From NCBI RefSeq assembly GCF_009914755.1, contig NC_060925.1: a stretch of DNA of 64,000 nt. One strand, 5' to 3'. The position numbers and the translations under genes were made by a program. The notes below the pieces were generated by a model. It saw only the letters and a program-made list of their open reading frames with translations. It was not told the DNA's origin and made no database searches. The DNA comes from the human T2T-CHM13v2.0 reference genome, Homo sapiens. This document shows, piece by piece, positions 27,301 through 42,359 of the stretch (within the stretch, counting starts at the first letter, position 1; every line of letters begins with the position of its first letter).

Positions 27301-30300
27301 TGGAATGGAAAAGAGTAGAGTGGAGTGGAATGGATTGGAGAGGAATAGAGTGTAGTGGAATGGAATGGAAAGTTGTGGAGTGCAGTGGAATGTTGTAGTG
27401 TTGAATGCAATTGAATGGTATTGAATGGAGTAGAGTGGAATGGACTGGAGTGGAGTGTAATGCAAAGGAATGGTGTCGAGTTGAAAGGAATGGAGAGGGA
27501 TGGAATGCAGTGGAATAGAATGGACTGGAGTGGAGTGGAATAGAATGGAGTGGAATGGAGTGGAGTTGAATGGAATGGACGGAGTGGAGTGAAATGGAGT
27601 GGAAACGTATGCAAAGGAATGGAATCCAATGGAGTGGAATGGAGTGAAATGGAATGGAGTGCAATAGAATGGAATGAATGGAATGGAGTGGGATGGAGTG
27701 GAGTGCAATGAATTGGAATGGAATGGAGTGGAATGCAGTGGAGTGCAGTGGAGTGGGATGGAATTGAATGGAGTGGACTGGAATGAAACGAAGTGGAATG
27801 GAATGGAGTGGAGTGGAGAGGAATGAAATGGAATAGAATGGAAAGGAAAGGAAAAGAATGGAATGCAGAGGAGAAGAGAGTAATGGAATGGATTGGAGTG
27901 TAGTGTAGTGCAGTGCAGTGGATTGGAATGGAATTTAGAGGAATGCAATGGAAAGGAGTGGAGTGGAATGGAAAGGAGTAAAACGGATTGAAATGTAATG
28001 GAATGGAATTGCGTGGGTTAGAGTGGAATGGAATCGAGTGGAATGGCATAGAATAGAATGGAGTGGACTGGAGTGGAGTGGAATGGGGTTGAGTGGAATA
28101 GAATGGAATGGAGAGGGGTTGAATGGTATGGAATTGAATGGAATGGAATGGAATGGATTGGAATGGAGTGGAGTGGAATGGAATGGAGTGGATTGGAATG
28201 GAATGGAATACAACGGAATGGAATGGAGTGGACTGCACTGGAATGGATTGGAACGGAATGGAATGGAATGGAGTGTAGTGGAATGGAATCTAATTGAGTA
28301 GAATGGAATGGAATGGCCTGAAATGGAATGGAATGGAGTGGAGTGGAGTGGAATGGAATGGAGTGGAAAGGAATGTAGTGGAGTGGAATAGAATGGAATG
28401 GAGTGGAATGAAATACAATGGAGTGGGGTGGAGTGGAATGGAATTGAGCGGAGTGGAATAGAATGGAATGGAATGGAAGTGAGTGGAGGGGAGAGGGATC
28501 GAATGGAATGGAACGAAGTGGAGTTGAATGGAATGGAGTGGAATGGAATGACGTGGAACGGAATAGATTGCAGTGGAGTGTAGTGGAGTGGAATGGAATG
28601 GTGTGGAGTGGAATGGAATGGAAAGGTGTTGAATGGAATCGAGTAGAATTTCATGGAGTAGAGTGGAGTGGAATGGAATGGAACGGTGTGGAGTGGAGTG
28701 GAATGGAATGGTGTTGAACGGAATTGAGTGGAATTGAAATGAGTGGAGTGGAGTGGAGTGGAACGGAATGGAATGGATTCGAGGCTAATTGAATGGAATG
28801 GAACAGAGTGGAGTGGAGGGGAATGGAATAGAGTGGGAAGGAATGGAGTGGAATGGAATGAAGTGGAGTGGAGTGCAAAACAATTAAGTGGAATGGAGTG
28901 GAGTGAAATGGAATGGAACAGATTGTATTAGAATGGAATGGAATGGAATGGAATGCAATGGAATGGAATGGAATGGAGTGGAGTTTAATGTAGTGGAATG
29001 GAACGTAGTGGAGTTAAGTAGAATGGAATGGAATGCAATGGAATGGAATGGTATAAAATGGAGTGAAGTGGTTTGGAGTTGAGAGGAGTGAAGTGGAATG
29101 GAATGGAGTGGAATAGAATGGAATGGAATGGAATGGAATGGAATGTATTGGAGTGCAATGGAATAGAACGGAATGGAGTGGAATGGATTGTAGTGGAGTG
29201 GAGTGGAATGAAATTCAGTGGAGTGGAGTGGAATGAAGGGGAGTGGAATGGAATGGAGTGGAGTGGAATGGAGAGGAGTGCAGTGGAATGGAATGGAAAG
29301 GAATGGAATGCAATGGAATGAAAAGGAATGGAATGGAATGGAATGCAGAGGAGATTAGCGGAGTGGAATGGATTGGAGTGGAATTTAGTACAGTGGATTG
29401 GAATGGAATGCAGTGGAATCCAATAGAAAGGAGTAGAATGGCATGGAATGGAGTGGAATGGAATGAAATGGAATGGAATGGAATGGATAAGGTTGTAGGG
29501 GAATGGAAGCGAGTGGAGTGGAATAGAATGCAATGGAATGGAATGAAGTGGAGTGGAGTGGGGACGAGTGGAATAGAATGGAATGGAGTGGATTTGAAGG
29601 GAATGGAATTGAATGGTATGGAATGTAATGGAGTTGAATTGAGTGAAGTGGAATTTAATATAATGGAGTTGATTGGAATGGAAGAGAATGGAATGGAATG
29701 GAATGGAATGGAATGGAATGGACATGATTGGAAAGGAATGGAATGGAATAGAATGGAAGGGAGTGTTATGGATTGGAATGGAATTGAGTGGAATGGAATG
29801 GAATGGAATGGAATGCAAGGGAATGGAGTGGAATGGAGTTGATTGGAGTGGATTGTAGTGCAATGGAATATAATTGAATGGAATGGAATGGAAAGGAATG
29901 GAGAGGACGTTAGTGCAGTTGAATGGAATGGAATGGAATGTAGTTGAGTGGAATGGATTGAACTGGAATGTAGTCAAATGTAATGGAAACGAGTGGAATG
30001 TAATGTAATGGAATGCCATGGAATGGAATGGAATGGAATGGAGTGTTGCAGAGTGGAATGGAATTGAGTGGAGAGGATTAGAATGGAATGGAATGGAATC
30101 GAGTGGAGTGGAGTGGGGTCGAGTGGAATGGAATGGAATGGAAAGGAGTGGAATAGAATTGAATTCAATGTAAAGGAAAGGAATGGAATGCAATGGAATG
30201 GAATGGAATGGAAAGGAGTGTACTGGAATGAAATGTAGTTTAGTGGAATGGAATGGAATGGAGTGGAATGGAATGGAATGGAATGGAGTGGAATGGAATG

Positions 30301-33300
30301 GAATGGAGTGGAATGGAGTGCAGTGCAATGAAATTGAATGGATTGGAGTAGAGTGGAATGGAATTCCCTGGAACGGAATGGAAAGGAGTGGAATAGAAAA
30401 GAACGGAATGAAATGGAATGGACTGGTGGTGAGGAGAATGGAATTGGATGGAGTGGAATGGAATGGAATAGAATGGAATGGAGTGGAGTGGAATGGAATG
30501 GCGTGTAATGGAAAGGAGTGGAATGGAATAGATTGTAGTGTAGTGGAATGGAATGGAGTGGAATGGAGTGGAGTCGAAAGTAATGGAACGGTGAGGAGCA
30601 GAGTAGAATTGAATGGTGTCGAATGGAAACAAGTGGAATTGAATGGAGTGGAGTGGAGTGGACAGGAATTGAATGGAATGGAGTCGAGTGGAATGGAATG
30701 GAATGGAACGGATTGGAGTGGAATGGAATGGAATAGATTGGGATGGAATGGAGTGGAATGGAATGGAGAGGAGCGGAGTGGTATAGAACGGAGTGGAATG
30801 GAGCGGAGTGGACTGGAATGGAAAGGATTGGAGAGGTATGGAATGGAATGGAGTGGTAGTGGTTTGGAGTGGAATAGAATGCAGTAGAGTGCAGTGGAAT
30901 GCAAAGGAATACAAAGGAACAGAATGGAATGGAATGGAGTGGAGTGGAATGGTGTTGAGAGGAGTGAAGTGGAATGGAATGGAGTCGAATGGAATGGAAT
31001 GGAATGTAGTGGAGTGCAAAGGAGAAAACTGAATTCAGTGGAACGGATTGGACTGGAATGGAGTGGAGTGAATTGCCATGGAATGGAATGGAGTGAAGTG
31101 GAATGTAAAGGAATACAATGGAACAGAAAGTAATGGAATGGAGTGCAGTGGAATGGAGTTCAGAGGAGTGAAATGGAATGGAATGGCAAGGAAGGGAATG
31201 TAGTGGAGTGCATTGGAATGGAATGGATTGTAGTGGAATGCAATGGAGTGGAGTGGAGGGGAATGGAATGGAGTGGAGTGGAGTGGAATGAAATAGAGTG
31301 AAATGGAATGGAAAGGAGTGGAGTGGAGTTGAGTGGAGAGGAATGGAATGGAATGGAATGGAATGGAATGGAATGGAATGGAATGGAATGCAATGGAATG
31401 CAATGGAATGGATTGGAATGGAATGCAGAGGAGAGGAGTGGATTGGAATGGATTGGAGTGGAATGTAGTGGAATGCAGTGGATTGGAATGGAATGGAATG
31501 TAACGGAATAGAAAGGAGTGGAATAGAATGGAATGGAATGGAGGGGAATGGAATGAAATGGAATGAAATGGAGTGGAGTGGTTTGGATTGGAATGGACTC
31601 GAGTTAATTGGAATAGAATGGAATGGAAAGAAGTGTAGTGCAGTGTAGTGGGGTCGAGTGGAAAAGAATGGAATGGAGTGAAGTTGAATGGAATGGAATT
31701 CAATGGAATGGAATGGAATGCTGTGGAATGGAACGGAATGGAATTGAATGGAGGGTATTGGAGTGGAGTGAAATGGAATGGAATGGATTGGGGTGGAGTG
31801 GAATGGAATTGAGCGGAGTGGAAGAGAAGGCAAAAGAATGGAATGGAGTGGAGTGGATTGGAACGGGGTGGAGTGTAATGGAATGGAATAGAGTGCAGTG
31901 GAATGCAATTGAAAGGAAAGGAATGGAGTGGAATGGAAAGGAATGGAAAGGAAAGGAATGGAGTGGAATGGATCGGAATGGAGTAGAATGGAAAACAATG
32001 GAATGGAAGGGAATGGAATGGAGTGGAATGGAGTGGAGTGGAATGGAATGGAATGGATTAGACTGGAATGGACTGCAAAGGAATGGAAAGGAATGGAATG
32101 GAATGGAATGGAGGGGAACGGACTGGAATGGAATGGAGTGGAATGTAGTAGAATGGAACAGAATGGAAGGGAGTGAAGGGGCATGATATGGAGTGGAATA
32201 GAATGGAATGGAGTGCAGAGGAGTTGAATGGAATGGAATGTTATGGAGCGGAGTGGAATGGATTGGAAATCAATTGAATGGAATGGAATGATATGGAATG
32301 GAATGGAATTTAATGGAATGGACTGGTCGGGATTGGAATGGAATGGAAAGTAATTGAATGGAATGGAGTGTTGAGGAGTGGAAAGGAATTGAGTGGAATG
32401 GAATGGAATGGAATTGAATGGAATGTAACGGAATGTACTGGGATGGAATGGAATGAAGAGGAGTGGAGTGGAATGGAATGGAGTTGAATTGAATGTAGTG
32501 CAGGGAATGGAATGGAAGGGAGTGGAATCAAATGGAGTGGAATGGAATGGAGTGGATAGGAACGGAATGTATTGGACTGGAATGAAATGGATTGGAATGG
32601 AATGGAGTGGAATGGAATGGAATCGAATATAGTGTAGTGTGGTAGAGTGTAATAGAGTGGAATGCAATTGAATGGAGTGGAGTGGAATGGAATGGAATTC
32701 AATGAAAAGGAAAGGAATGGAATGGAATGAAATGGAAGGGAATGGAATGGAAAGGAACAGAATGGAATAGAATGGAATGGAAGGGAACTGAATAGAAGGG
32801 AGTGGAATGGTGTGGAATTGATTGGAATTCAATGGAATGGAATAGAAAGGAATGGAACGGAATGAAATAGAATGGAGTGGTGTGGATTAGAATGGAGATG
32901 AGTGGAATGGAATGGAATGGAATAGAATCGAATGGAATGGAGTGAAGTGGAATGGAATGGAGTGCAATGGAATGGAGTGGAATCTAATAGAGTGGAGTGG
33001 AGTGGAATGGAATGGAATGGAAAGGAATGGAATGGAATTTATTGGAATGGAGTGGAATGGATTGGAATTCAATGGAATGGAATGGAATGGAATGGCAAGG
33101 AATGGAACGGAATGGCATAGAAGGGAGTGGTGTGGATTAGAATGGAATTCAGTGGAATGGAGTGGAATGGAATGGAATGGAATCGAATGGAAGGGAGTGA
33201 AGTGGAATGGAATGGAGTGGAATGTAATAGAGTGGAGTGGAGTGGAATAGAATGAAGTGGATTGGAGTGGAATGGAATAGAATGGAGTGGAATTCAATGG

Positions 33301-36300
33301 AGTGGAGGGGAGTGGAGAGTAGTGGAATGGAATGGAATGGAGTGTAGTGGAATGCATTGGAATGGAACGGAATGGAGTAGAGGGTAATGGAATGGATCCG
33401 AATGGAATGGAGTGGAATGGAATGGAGAGGGATGGAATGGAGTGGAATGGAGTGGAATGGACTGGAACGGAATGGAGTGGAATGGACAGGAATGGAATTG
33501 AGTGGAGTGGAATGGAATTAAACGGAGTGGAATGGAATGCAATGGAGTGGAGTGGAGTGGAGTGGAATGGAATGGAGTTGAATTGAATGGATTGGAGTGG
33601 AGTGGAGTGGAATGGAATGGAATGGAACTGAATGAAAGTTAGTGGAATGGAATGGAGTGGGATGGAATGCAATTGAATGGAGTGGAATGGAGTGGAGTGG
33701 AATGGAATGGATTGGAGTGAAATGAATGGAATGGAGTGGAATGGAATGAATTGGAGTGAAATGAATGGAATTCAATGGAATGGAATGGAATGGAATGGAA
33801 TGGAATGGAATGACATGGAATGGAGTGGAGTGGAATGGAATAGAGTGGAGTGGACTGAAATGGAATGGGTTGGAATGGAGTGGAATGGAATGGAATGGAA
33901 TGAAGTAGAATGGAGTGGAGTGGAGAGGTAGGGAGTGGAATGGAATGGAGTGGAATGGAGTGGAAAGTAATATAATGGAATGGAATCGAAAGGAATGGAG
34001 TGGAGTGGAATGCAGCGCAGTGTAGTGGAATGGAATAGAATGGAATGGAATGGAATGGAACGGAGAGGAGGTTAGTGCAGTTGAATGGAATGGAGTGGAA
34101 CGTCGTTGAGTGGAATGGATAGGAATGGAATGTTGTGGAATGGAATGGAAAGGAATTTAATGGAATGGAATGGAATGGAATGGATTGATGTGTAGGGGAA
34201 TGGAATTGAGTGGAGTGGAATAGAATGGAATAGAATGAAATGGAACCGATTGGAGTGGAGTGGGGTCGAGTGGAATGGAATGGAATGGAGTGGAGTGGAA
34301 TGGAATGGAATTCAATGGGAAGGAATGGAAAGTAAAGGAATGGAAAGGAATGGAATGGAAGGGAGTGGCATGGAATGGAATGCAGTGGAGTGGAATGGAA
34401 TGGAATGGAGTGGAATGGATTGGGGTGCAATGGAATGTAATGGAGTGGACTGTAATGGAATGGAATTCCATGGAATGGAATTCCATGGAATGGAAGGAAA
34501 GGAATGGAGTGTTGGGGAGTTGAATGGAATTGAGTGGAGTGGAATGGAACGTAGGGGAAAGGCATGGAGTGGAATGGAATAGAGTGGAGTGGACTGGAAT
34601 GCAATGGAGTGGAATGGAGTGGAGTGAAATGGAATATATCGGTGTGCAGTGGAGTGGAATCAATGGTTTTGAATGGAACGGAGTGGAATTGAATGGAGTG
34701 GAGTGGAGAGGAATGGAGTGGAGTAGAATGGAGTGGAATGGAGTCGAGTGGAATGGATTGGAATGGGATGGAATGGAATGGAGTGGAATGGAATGGAATG
34801 GAGAGGGATGGAATGGAGTGGGATGGAAGGGAGTGGAATGGAATGATTTTGAGTGGAATGGAAAGGAATGGGATGGAATGGAGTGGAGTGGAATAGAACG
34901 GAGAGGGATGGAATGGAGTATAATGGAGTAGAGGGGAGTGGAGTGGAGTGCAATGGAATGGAGTGGAGTGAATTGGAATGGAATGGAAGGCAATGGAATG
35001 GAATGGAATGGAAGGGAGCCAAGTGGAATGGAGTTGAGAGGAGTGAAGTGGAATGGAATGGAATGTAGTGGAGTGCAATGGAATGGAATGTAGTGGAGTG
35101 CAATGGAATGGAATGGAAGGGAGTGGAATGGAGTGGAGTGGAGTGGAATGGAATTAAGTGGAGAGGACTGAAAAGGAATGGAATTGAATGGAATGCAAAG
35201 GAGAGGAGTGGATTGGAGTGGAAAGTAGTGGAGTGCAGTGTAATGGAATGAAATGTAGAGGAATGCAATAAAAAGGATTGGAAAGGAATGCAATGCAGTG
35301 GAATGGGTTGGAGTGTAATGGAAAGGAGTGGAATGGAATGGAATGGAATGGAGCACAATGCAGTGGAGTTCAGTGGTGTGGAATATAGTGGAGTGGAGTT
35401 GAGTGGAAAGGAATGGAATGGAATGGAATGGAAAGGAATATAATGGAGTGGCGAGGAATGGAGTGGAGTAGAGAGGAATGGAATGGAAGGGAATGGAATG
35501 AAGTGCAGGGGAAAGGAATGGAATGGAATAAACTGGAATGGAAAGGAGAGGAGGGTATAGGAGTGTAATGGAACGGAGTGGAATGTATTTGAGTGGAGTG
35601 GATTGGAATTGAGTGTAGCGGAAAAGAATAGGTAGGAGTGGAATGAAAAGAGTGGAATGGAATGCAATGAAATGGAATGGAATGGAATGTATTGGGGTTG
35701 AGTGGAATGCAATTGAGTGGAGTGGAATAGAATGTAATGTAATGTAATGGAATGGAATGGAATGGAATGGAATGGAATGGAATGGATTGGGATGGAACGG
35801 AATGGAATGGAATTGTATGCAAAGGATTGGAGAGGAGTGGAGTGGAGTCGAGTGCGGTCCAGTGGAATGAAATTGAATGGAATGTATTGGAATGGAGTGG
35901 AATGGAATGGGATGGAATGGAATGCAGTGGAGTGGAGTGGAGTGGAATAGAATGGAACATAATGGATTGGTGTGGAATGGAAAGGAGTGGAATGGAATGG
36001 AATTGAAAGGAATGGAAAGAAATGGAGTCGAATGGAATGCAGTGGAATGGAGTGGAATGAAGTGAAATGGAATGCAGTGGAATGGAGTGGAATGGAATGG
36101 AATGGAATGGATCGGAGTGGAAAGGAATGAAATTTAAAGCATTGGAGTGGAATAGAGTGGAATGGAGTGCAGTGGAATTTAAGGGAATGAAATGAAATGG
36201 ATTTGAATGGAGTTGTGGGGAGTGGATTGGAATGGAATGGAATGAAGTGGAATGCAGTGGAGTGCAGTGGAGAGGGGTCAAGTGGATTGTAAATGAATGG

Positions 36301-39300
36301 AATTGTGTGGAATGGAATACAATGGAATACAGTGGAATGGACTGGAGTGGAATGGAATGGAGTGGAGTGGAGTGGAATAGAAAGGAATTCAATGGAATGG
36401 AATGCAATGGAGTGGAATGGGATGGAATGGAGGAGAGTGGAATGGAATGGAATGGAATGAAATGGAGTGGAATGGAATGGAATGGAAAGTAAAGGAATGC
36501 AATAGTATGGAATGGAGGGAAGTAGAATGGAATGGAATGGTGTGGAATGGACTGGAATTCAGTGGAGTGGAATGGAAAGGAAAGGAATGGATTAGAGTGG
36601 AAAGTTTTCTAGTGGAATTGAATGGAGTGGAATGGAGTGGAGAGGAGTGCAGTGGAATGCAATGGTGTGCAATGGAGTAGAGTGGAATGAAATGGAATGG
36701 AGTGTAGTGGAATGGAACGGAATGGAATGGAGTGGAGTGGAATGGAGTAGTATGGAATGGAACGGAGTGCAGTGGAATGGATTGCAATGGAATCGAAAGG
36801 CGTGGGGTGGAATGGAATAGAGTACAGTGGAGTGGAATGGAACGGAAAGGAATGTAAAGGAATGGAGTGGAATGGATTGGAAAGGAAGGGAATGGAATGG
36901 AAAAGAGTGGAGTGGAATCAAATGGAATGGAGGTGAAGGGAATGGAATGGAATGCAATGGAATGAAATGGAATAGAAAGGAATGGAATGGAATGGAATGA
37001 AGTGGAATCCAATGGAATGCAGTGGTATGGAATGGAATGGAATGGAATATAGTGGAAAGGATTGGAGTTCAGTGGAGTGGAAAGGAATGGAGAGGAGTGC
37101 AGTGGAATGGAATGGAAAGGAATGGAATGTAATGGAATGGAATGCAATGGAGTGGAGAGGAATGGATTGGAGTGGAGTGGAATGGAATGGAATGGAATGG
37201 TACGAAATGGAATGGATTGGAATCGAATGGAATGGAATGGAATGGAAAGGAGAGGACGGAAGTGGAGTGTAATAAAATGGAGTGGAATATATTGGAGTGC
37301 AGTGGACTGGAATTGAGTGCAATGGAATGGAATGGAAAGGAGTGGAATTGAAATGAGTGGAATGTAATGGAATGGAATGGAATAAAATGGATAAGAATGG
37401 ATTGTAGTGGGGTTGAGTGGAATGGAATTGTTTGGAGTGGTATAAAATGGAAAGGAATGGAAAGGAATGGAAAGAAATGGAATGGAATGGAGTGGAGCGG
37501 AGTGGAGTGGAGTCGAGTGAAGTACGGTGGATTGGAAAGAAGTTGAATGGAATGGAATGGAATGGAATGGAATGGAATGGAATGGAATGGAATGGATTGG
37601 AGCAGAATGGAATGCAGTGTAGTGGAGTGGATTGGAGTGGAATGAAATGGACCAGAATGGATTGGAATGGAATGGAGTGGAAAGGAATGCAGTGGAATGG
37701 AGTGCAGTGGAATCGAAATGAATGGAGTGGAACGGAGTGGAGTGGAATGTAATGGAATGGATTGGAGTTTAAAGGAATGTAATGGAATGGATTCGAGTGG
37801 ATTGGAGTGTAAAGTTGTGCACTGGAATTTAAACGATTGGAATGGAATGGAATTGAATGGAGTTGTGTGGAGTGGAATGGAATGGAATGGAGTTTAGTAG
37901 AATCGAGTGGAAGGGAGTGGAGTGGGATCGAGTGGATTTTTATTGAATGAAATGGAAGGAATGGAATGGAATGGAGGGAAATGGAGGGGAGTGGAAAGGA
38001 ATGGAATGGAGTGGAGTGGAATAGAATTGAAATAAATGGAATGGAAAGAATGGAATAGAATGCAATTGAGTGGAATGTACAGGAATGGAATGGAGATAAA
38101 AGGAATGGAATGCAATGGAGTCTTGTGGAATGGAATGGAATGGAAAGGAATGGAGTGGTATGGAATGGAGTTGAGTGGAGTGGAATGGAATGGAGTTAAA
38201 TGAGCTGGAATGGAGTGTAGTGCAATGGAATGGAATGGAATGGTGTGAAGTGGAATGGTTTGGTGTGGATAGGAATAGAGTGGAATGGAGTGTAGTGGAA
38301 TGAAATGGAACGGAGTGTAGTGTAATGGAATGGAATGGAATGGAGTGTAGTGGAACGGAGTGGTATGGAGTGGGATGGAGTGGAGTGGAATGGAATGGTG
38401 TGCAGGGGAGTGAAAGGAATTGGAACAGAATGGAATGGAATGGAATGGAATGGAGTAGAATGGAACGTCATAAAGCGGAGGTGAATGGAATGGAATGGAT
38501 TGGAATAGAAGGGAATGGAATGAAATGCAGAGGAGGGGATTGGAGTGGAATGAAATGCGATGGAGTGGAGTGGAGTTTAATGGAATGGTACGGAATGGAG
38601 TGGAATGGACTGGAATGCAGTGGAGAGGAATGTAATGGAATGGAGTGGAATGGAATGGAATGGAATGGAGTAGAATGGAGTGGAGTGGAAAAGAATGGGG
38701 TGGAGTGGAGTGGAAAAGAATGGGGTGGAGTGGAGTGGAATGGATTCGAGTGGAGTAAAAAGGAATGGATAGGAATGAAATAGATAAGAAAGGAATGGAG
38801 TGGAATGGAGTTGAGTGGAGGGGAAAGGTGTGGAATGGAATAGAGTGAAGTGGAGGGGAATGGATTGGAATGGAATGGAATAGTATGCAGTGGAGTGGAA
38901 TGGAGGGGAATGAAATGGAATCGAATGGAAGGGAATGGAAAGGAGGGGAGTGGAATAGAATGGAGTGGAGTTGAATGGAATGGGGTGGAGTGGAGGGGAA
39001 TGGAATGGAATGGAATGGGGTGGAAAGGAGTGGAGTGGAGTGGAGTGCAGTGGAATGTTACGGAATTGAAGGGATTGTAGTGGAATGGAATTGAAGGGAA
39101 TGGAATTGAGTGAAATGGAATGGAGTGGAGTATAATGGAATGAAATGGAATGCAATGGAATGGAATGGAATGGAATGCAGTGGAGTGGAATGGAATGGAA
39201 CGTAGTGGATTGGAATGTAATGGAATGGAATGCAATGAAAAAGAATGGAACGGAATGGAAAGGATTGGAGAGGAGGAGATGGAGTGGAATGGAATGGAGT

Positions 39301-40659
39301 GGAATGGATTGGAGTGGAATGGAATGGACTGGACTGGAGTGGAGTGGAATGGAGTGGAATGGAGTGGAGTGGAATGCAATGGAATGGAATGGAATGGAAT
39401 GGAAAGAAATGGAATGAAATGGAGGAGAGTTTAAACGAGTGGAGAGAAGTGATATGGAATAGATTGGAATGGAATGGAAAGGATAGCAATGGAACCAAAT
39501 GGAATGGAATGCGATGGAGTGGAATGGAGTGGAATAGAGTGTACTGGATTGGATTAGAATGGAGGGGAATGGAGGGGAATGGAATGAAATGGAATGGAAT
39601 GGAAAGGCATGGAATGGAATTGTTTGGAGTGGAGTGGAGTGGAAAGGAATTGAATGGAATGGATAGGAATGGAGAGGAGGTGAGTGGAGTGGAATGGAAT
39701 GGAGTCGAACGTAGTGAAGTGGAGTAGATTGGAATGGAATGTAGTGTAATAGAATGGAAAGGAGTGGAGAGCAAAGGAATGGAATGGAATGGAATGAAAT
39801 GGAATGCAATGGAATGGAGTGCTGTAGAGTGGAATGGAATTGGGTAGAGTGGAATATTATGGAATGAAATGGAATGGAATGGAGTAGAGTGGGGTGGAGT
39901 GGGATTGATTGGAATGAAATATAATGGAGTGGAGTGGAAAGTAATGGAATTCAAAGGAATGGAATGGAATGGAATGGAATGGAATGGAATGGAATGGAAT
40001 GGAATTGAGTGGAGTGAAATGGAATGGAGAGGAGTGGAATCAAATGGAATGGAATGGAATGGAATGGAATGGAATGGAATGGATTGCATTGGAATGGAGT
40101 GGAATGGATTGCAATGGAATGGAGTGGAATGGAATGCAGCGGAAAGGAATGGAATGGAGATTAGAGGAATGGAAGGGAATTTTATGGAATGGAATAGAAT
40201 GGAACGGAATGCAATGGAATGGAAAGAATGGAATGAAGTGGATAGGAATGTAAAGGAGAGGAGTAGACTGGAATTGAATGGAGTGGAATGGCGTGGAGTG
40301 GAGTGGAATGGAATGGAATGGAATGGAATGGATTGGAGTGGAATGGTATGAAGTGGAATGGAATGCAGGGCAATGGAATGGAGTTGAATGCATTGGAATA
40401 GAGTGGAGTGGAATGGAGTAGATTGGAATGGAATGGAATGGAGTGTGGGGGAATGGAATGGAATGGAATGGAGTGGAGTGGAATGGAGTGCAATGGAATG
40501 GAATGCAATGGTGTATAGTGTACTGGAATGGAATGATATGGAATGGAGTGGAATGGAGTGTAGTGTAATGGAATGGAGTGGAGTGTATTGGAATTGAATG
40601 CAAAGGAATGAGATGTGGTGGAGAGGAAAGGAATGGAATGGAATGGAATGGAATGGGAT

Positions 40660-40780
40660 GGAATGGAATGGAACGGAATGGAAAGGATTGGGTAGGAGGG
40701 GATTTGAATGGGATGGAATGGAATGGAACGGAATGGAAAGGATTGGGTAGGAGGGGATTTGAATGGAATGGAATGGAATG
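40660..40780 (+). repeat. 55-bp tandem duplication
   Basis: GAAAGGATTGGGTAGGAGGGGATTTGAATGG at 40681 and 40736. Confidence 0.9.
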
Positions 40781-42330
40781 GAGTGGAATGGAATGGAGTG
40801 GAAAGGAGTGCACTGAAATGAAGTGGAATGGAATGGAGTGGAATGGAATGAAATGAAATGGAAGAGAGTGGACAGGAATGTTGTCGTATGGAATGGAGTG
40901 GAATGGAATGGAAGGAAATAGAGTAGATTGGATTGGAATGGAGAGAAATGGAATGGAATGGAAGGGAGTGGAATGGAATGGAATGCAATGGAATTGAACG
41001 GAATGCAGCGGAATGGAACAGAATGAGATGGAATTGAGTTGAATGGAATGGAGTGGACGGATGTGGAGTGGAATGTAATGGACTGGAGTGGAGTGGAATG
41101 GAGTGGAATGGAAATGAGTGTTGTGGAATGGAGTGGAAAGCAGTGGATTGGAATGTAATGGAATTGAATGGGTTGGAATGGATCGGAATGGAATGGAATG
41201 AAGGGGAGTGGAGTGGAATGGAATGGAGTGAAATGCAGTGGCATGGAGTGGATTGGAATAGAATGGAGTGAAATGGAATGGAACGGAGTGGAGTGGAATA
41301 AAATGGAATTCAATGGAGTGAAGTGGACTGGAATGCAATGGAGTGAAGTGGAATGAAATGGAATGGAATGGAATGGAAAGGAATAAAGTGGAGTAGAGTG
41401 GAGTGGAGTGGAATGGAATGGAACAAAATGGAATTAAACAGAACGGAGTCAAATGGAATGGAATGGAAAGAAATGGCATGGAATGGAGAGGAAAGAAAGG
41501 TAGTGGAATAGAATGGAGTGGAATGGAGAGGAGTGGATTGGAGTGGATTGGATTGGAATGCAATGGAGTGGAATGTAGCTGAGTGGAATGGAGTGGAATG
41601 GATTGTAGTGGAATGGAATGGAATGGAATGGATTGGATTGGAATGGAGTGGAATGCAGTGAAATCAAGTGGAATGGAGTGGATGGACTGGAGTGGAATAG
41701 ATTTCAGTGGAGTGGGATGGAATCGAGTGGAATGGAGTTGAGTGGAGAGGAGTGGAATTAAATGGAATGGAGTGGATTGGAGTGGATTGGAGTGGGTTTG
41801 AGTGGATGGGAATGGAATGGATTGGAATGGAATGGAATGCAGCTGACTTGATTGGAGTGGAGTGGAATGGATGGGAATGAAGTGCAGTGGAATGTAATGT
41901 AATGGAATTGAAAGGAATGGATTGGAATAGAATGGAATGGAATGGAGTTGATGTGATTGGATTGGAGTGGAATGGATTGGAATGAAGTGGAGTGTAATGG
42001 AATGGAATGGAATGGAGTGGAAGGGAACGGAATGTAGTGGAGTGCAAGAATAGAATGGAATGCAATGGAATGGAATGGAATGGAATGGAATGGAGAGGAA
42101 TGGAATGGAACGGAATGCAAAAAAGGGGAGTGGAGTGTAGTAGAATGGAGTGGAATGGAGTGGAGTGTAATGGAATGGAGTGGAATGGATTGGAGTAGAG
42201 TGGAGTTGAGTGGAATTGAATGGTGTGGAGTGGATTGGAATGGAGTGGTGTGGAATGGAGTAGAGTGGAATGGAATGGAACAGAGTGTATAAGACTGGAA
42301 CGGAATGGAATGGAAAGGAATGAAATGGAA

Positions 42331-42359
42331 TGAATGAATGAATTAATTAATTAATTAAT
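42331..42359. repeat. (TGAA)3(TTAA)4 tetranucleotide microsatellite; 18-bp AT-only palindrome
   Basis: The sequence reads TGAATGAATGAATTAATTAATTAATTAAT. A(TTAA)4T at 42342-42359 is self-complementary. Confidence 0.9.

Noticed and set aside
6144-34270. Possible ~18.8-19 kb super-period (GGGTCRAG at 6183/25024, 7906/26888, 11142/30115 and 15362/34262)
   Set aside because: The spacing coincidence is intriguing, but the surrounding modules differ and the motif is frequent enough for chance matches. It would need a masked dot-plot diagonal to be accepted.
42343-42358. TTAA repeats as a piggyBac target-site footprint
   Set aside because: There are no terminal inverted repeats or transposon sequence, and slippage from the adjacent (TGAA)n explains it.
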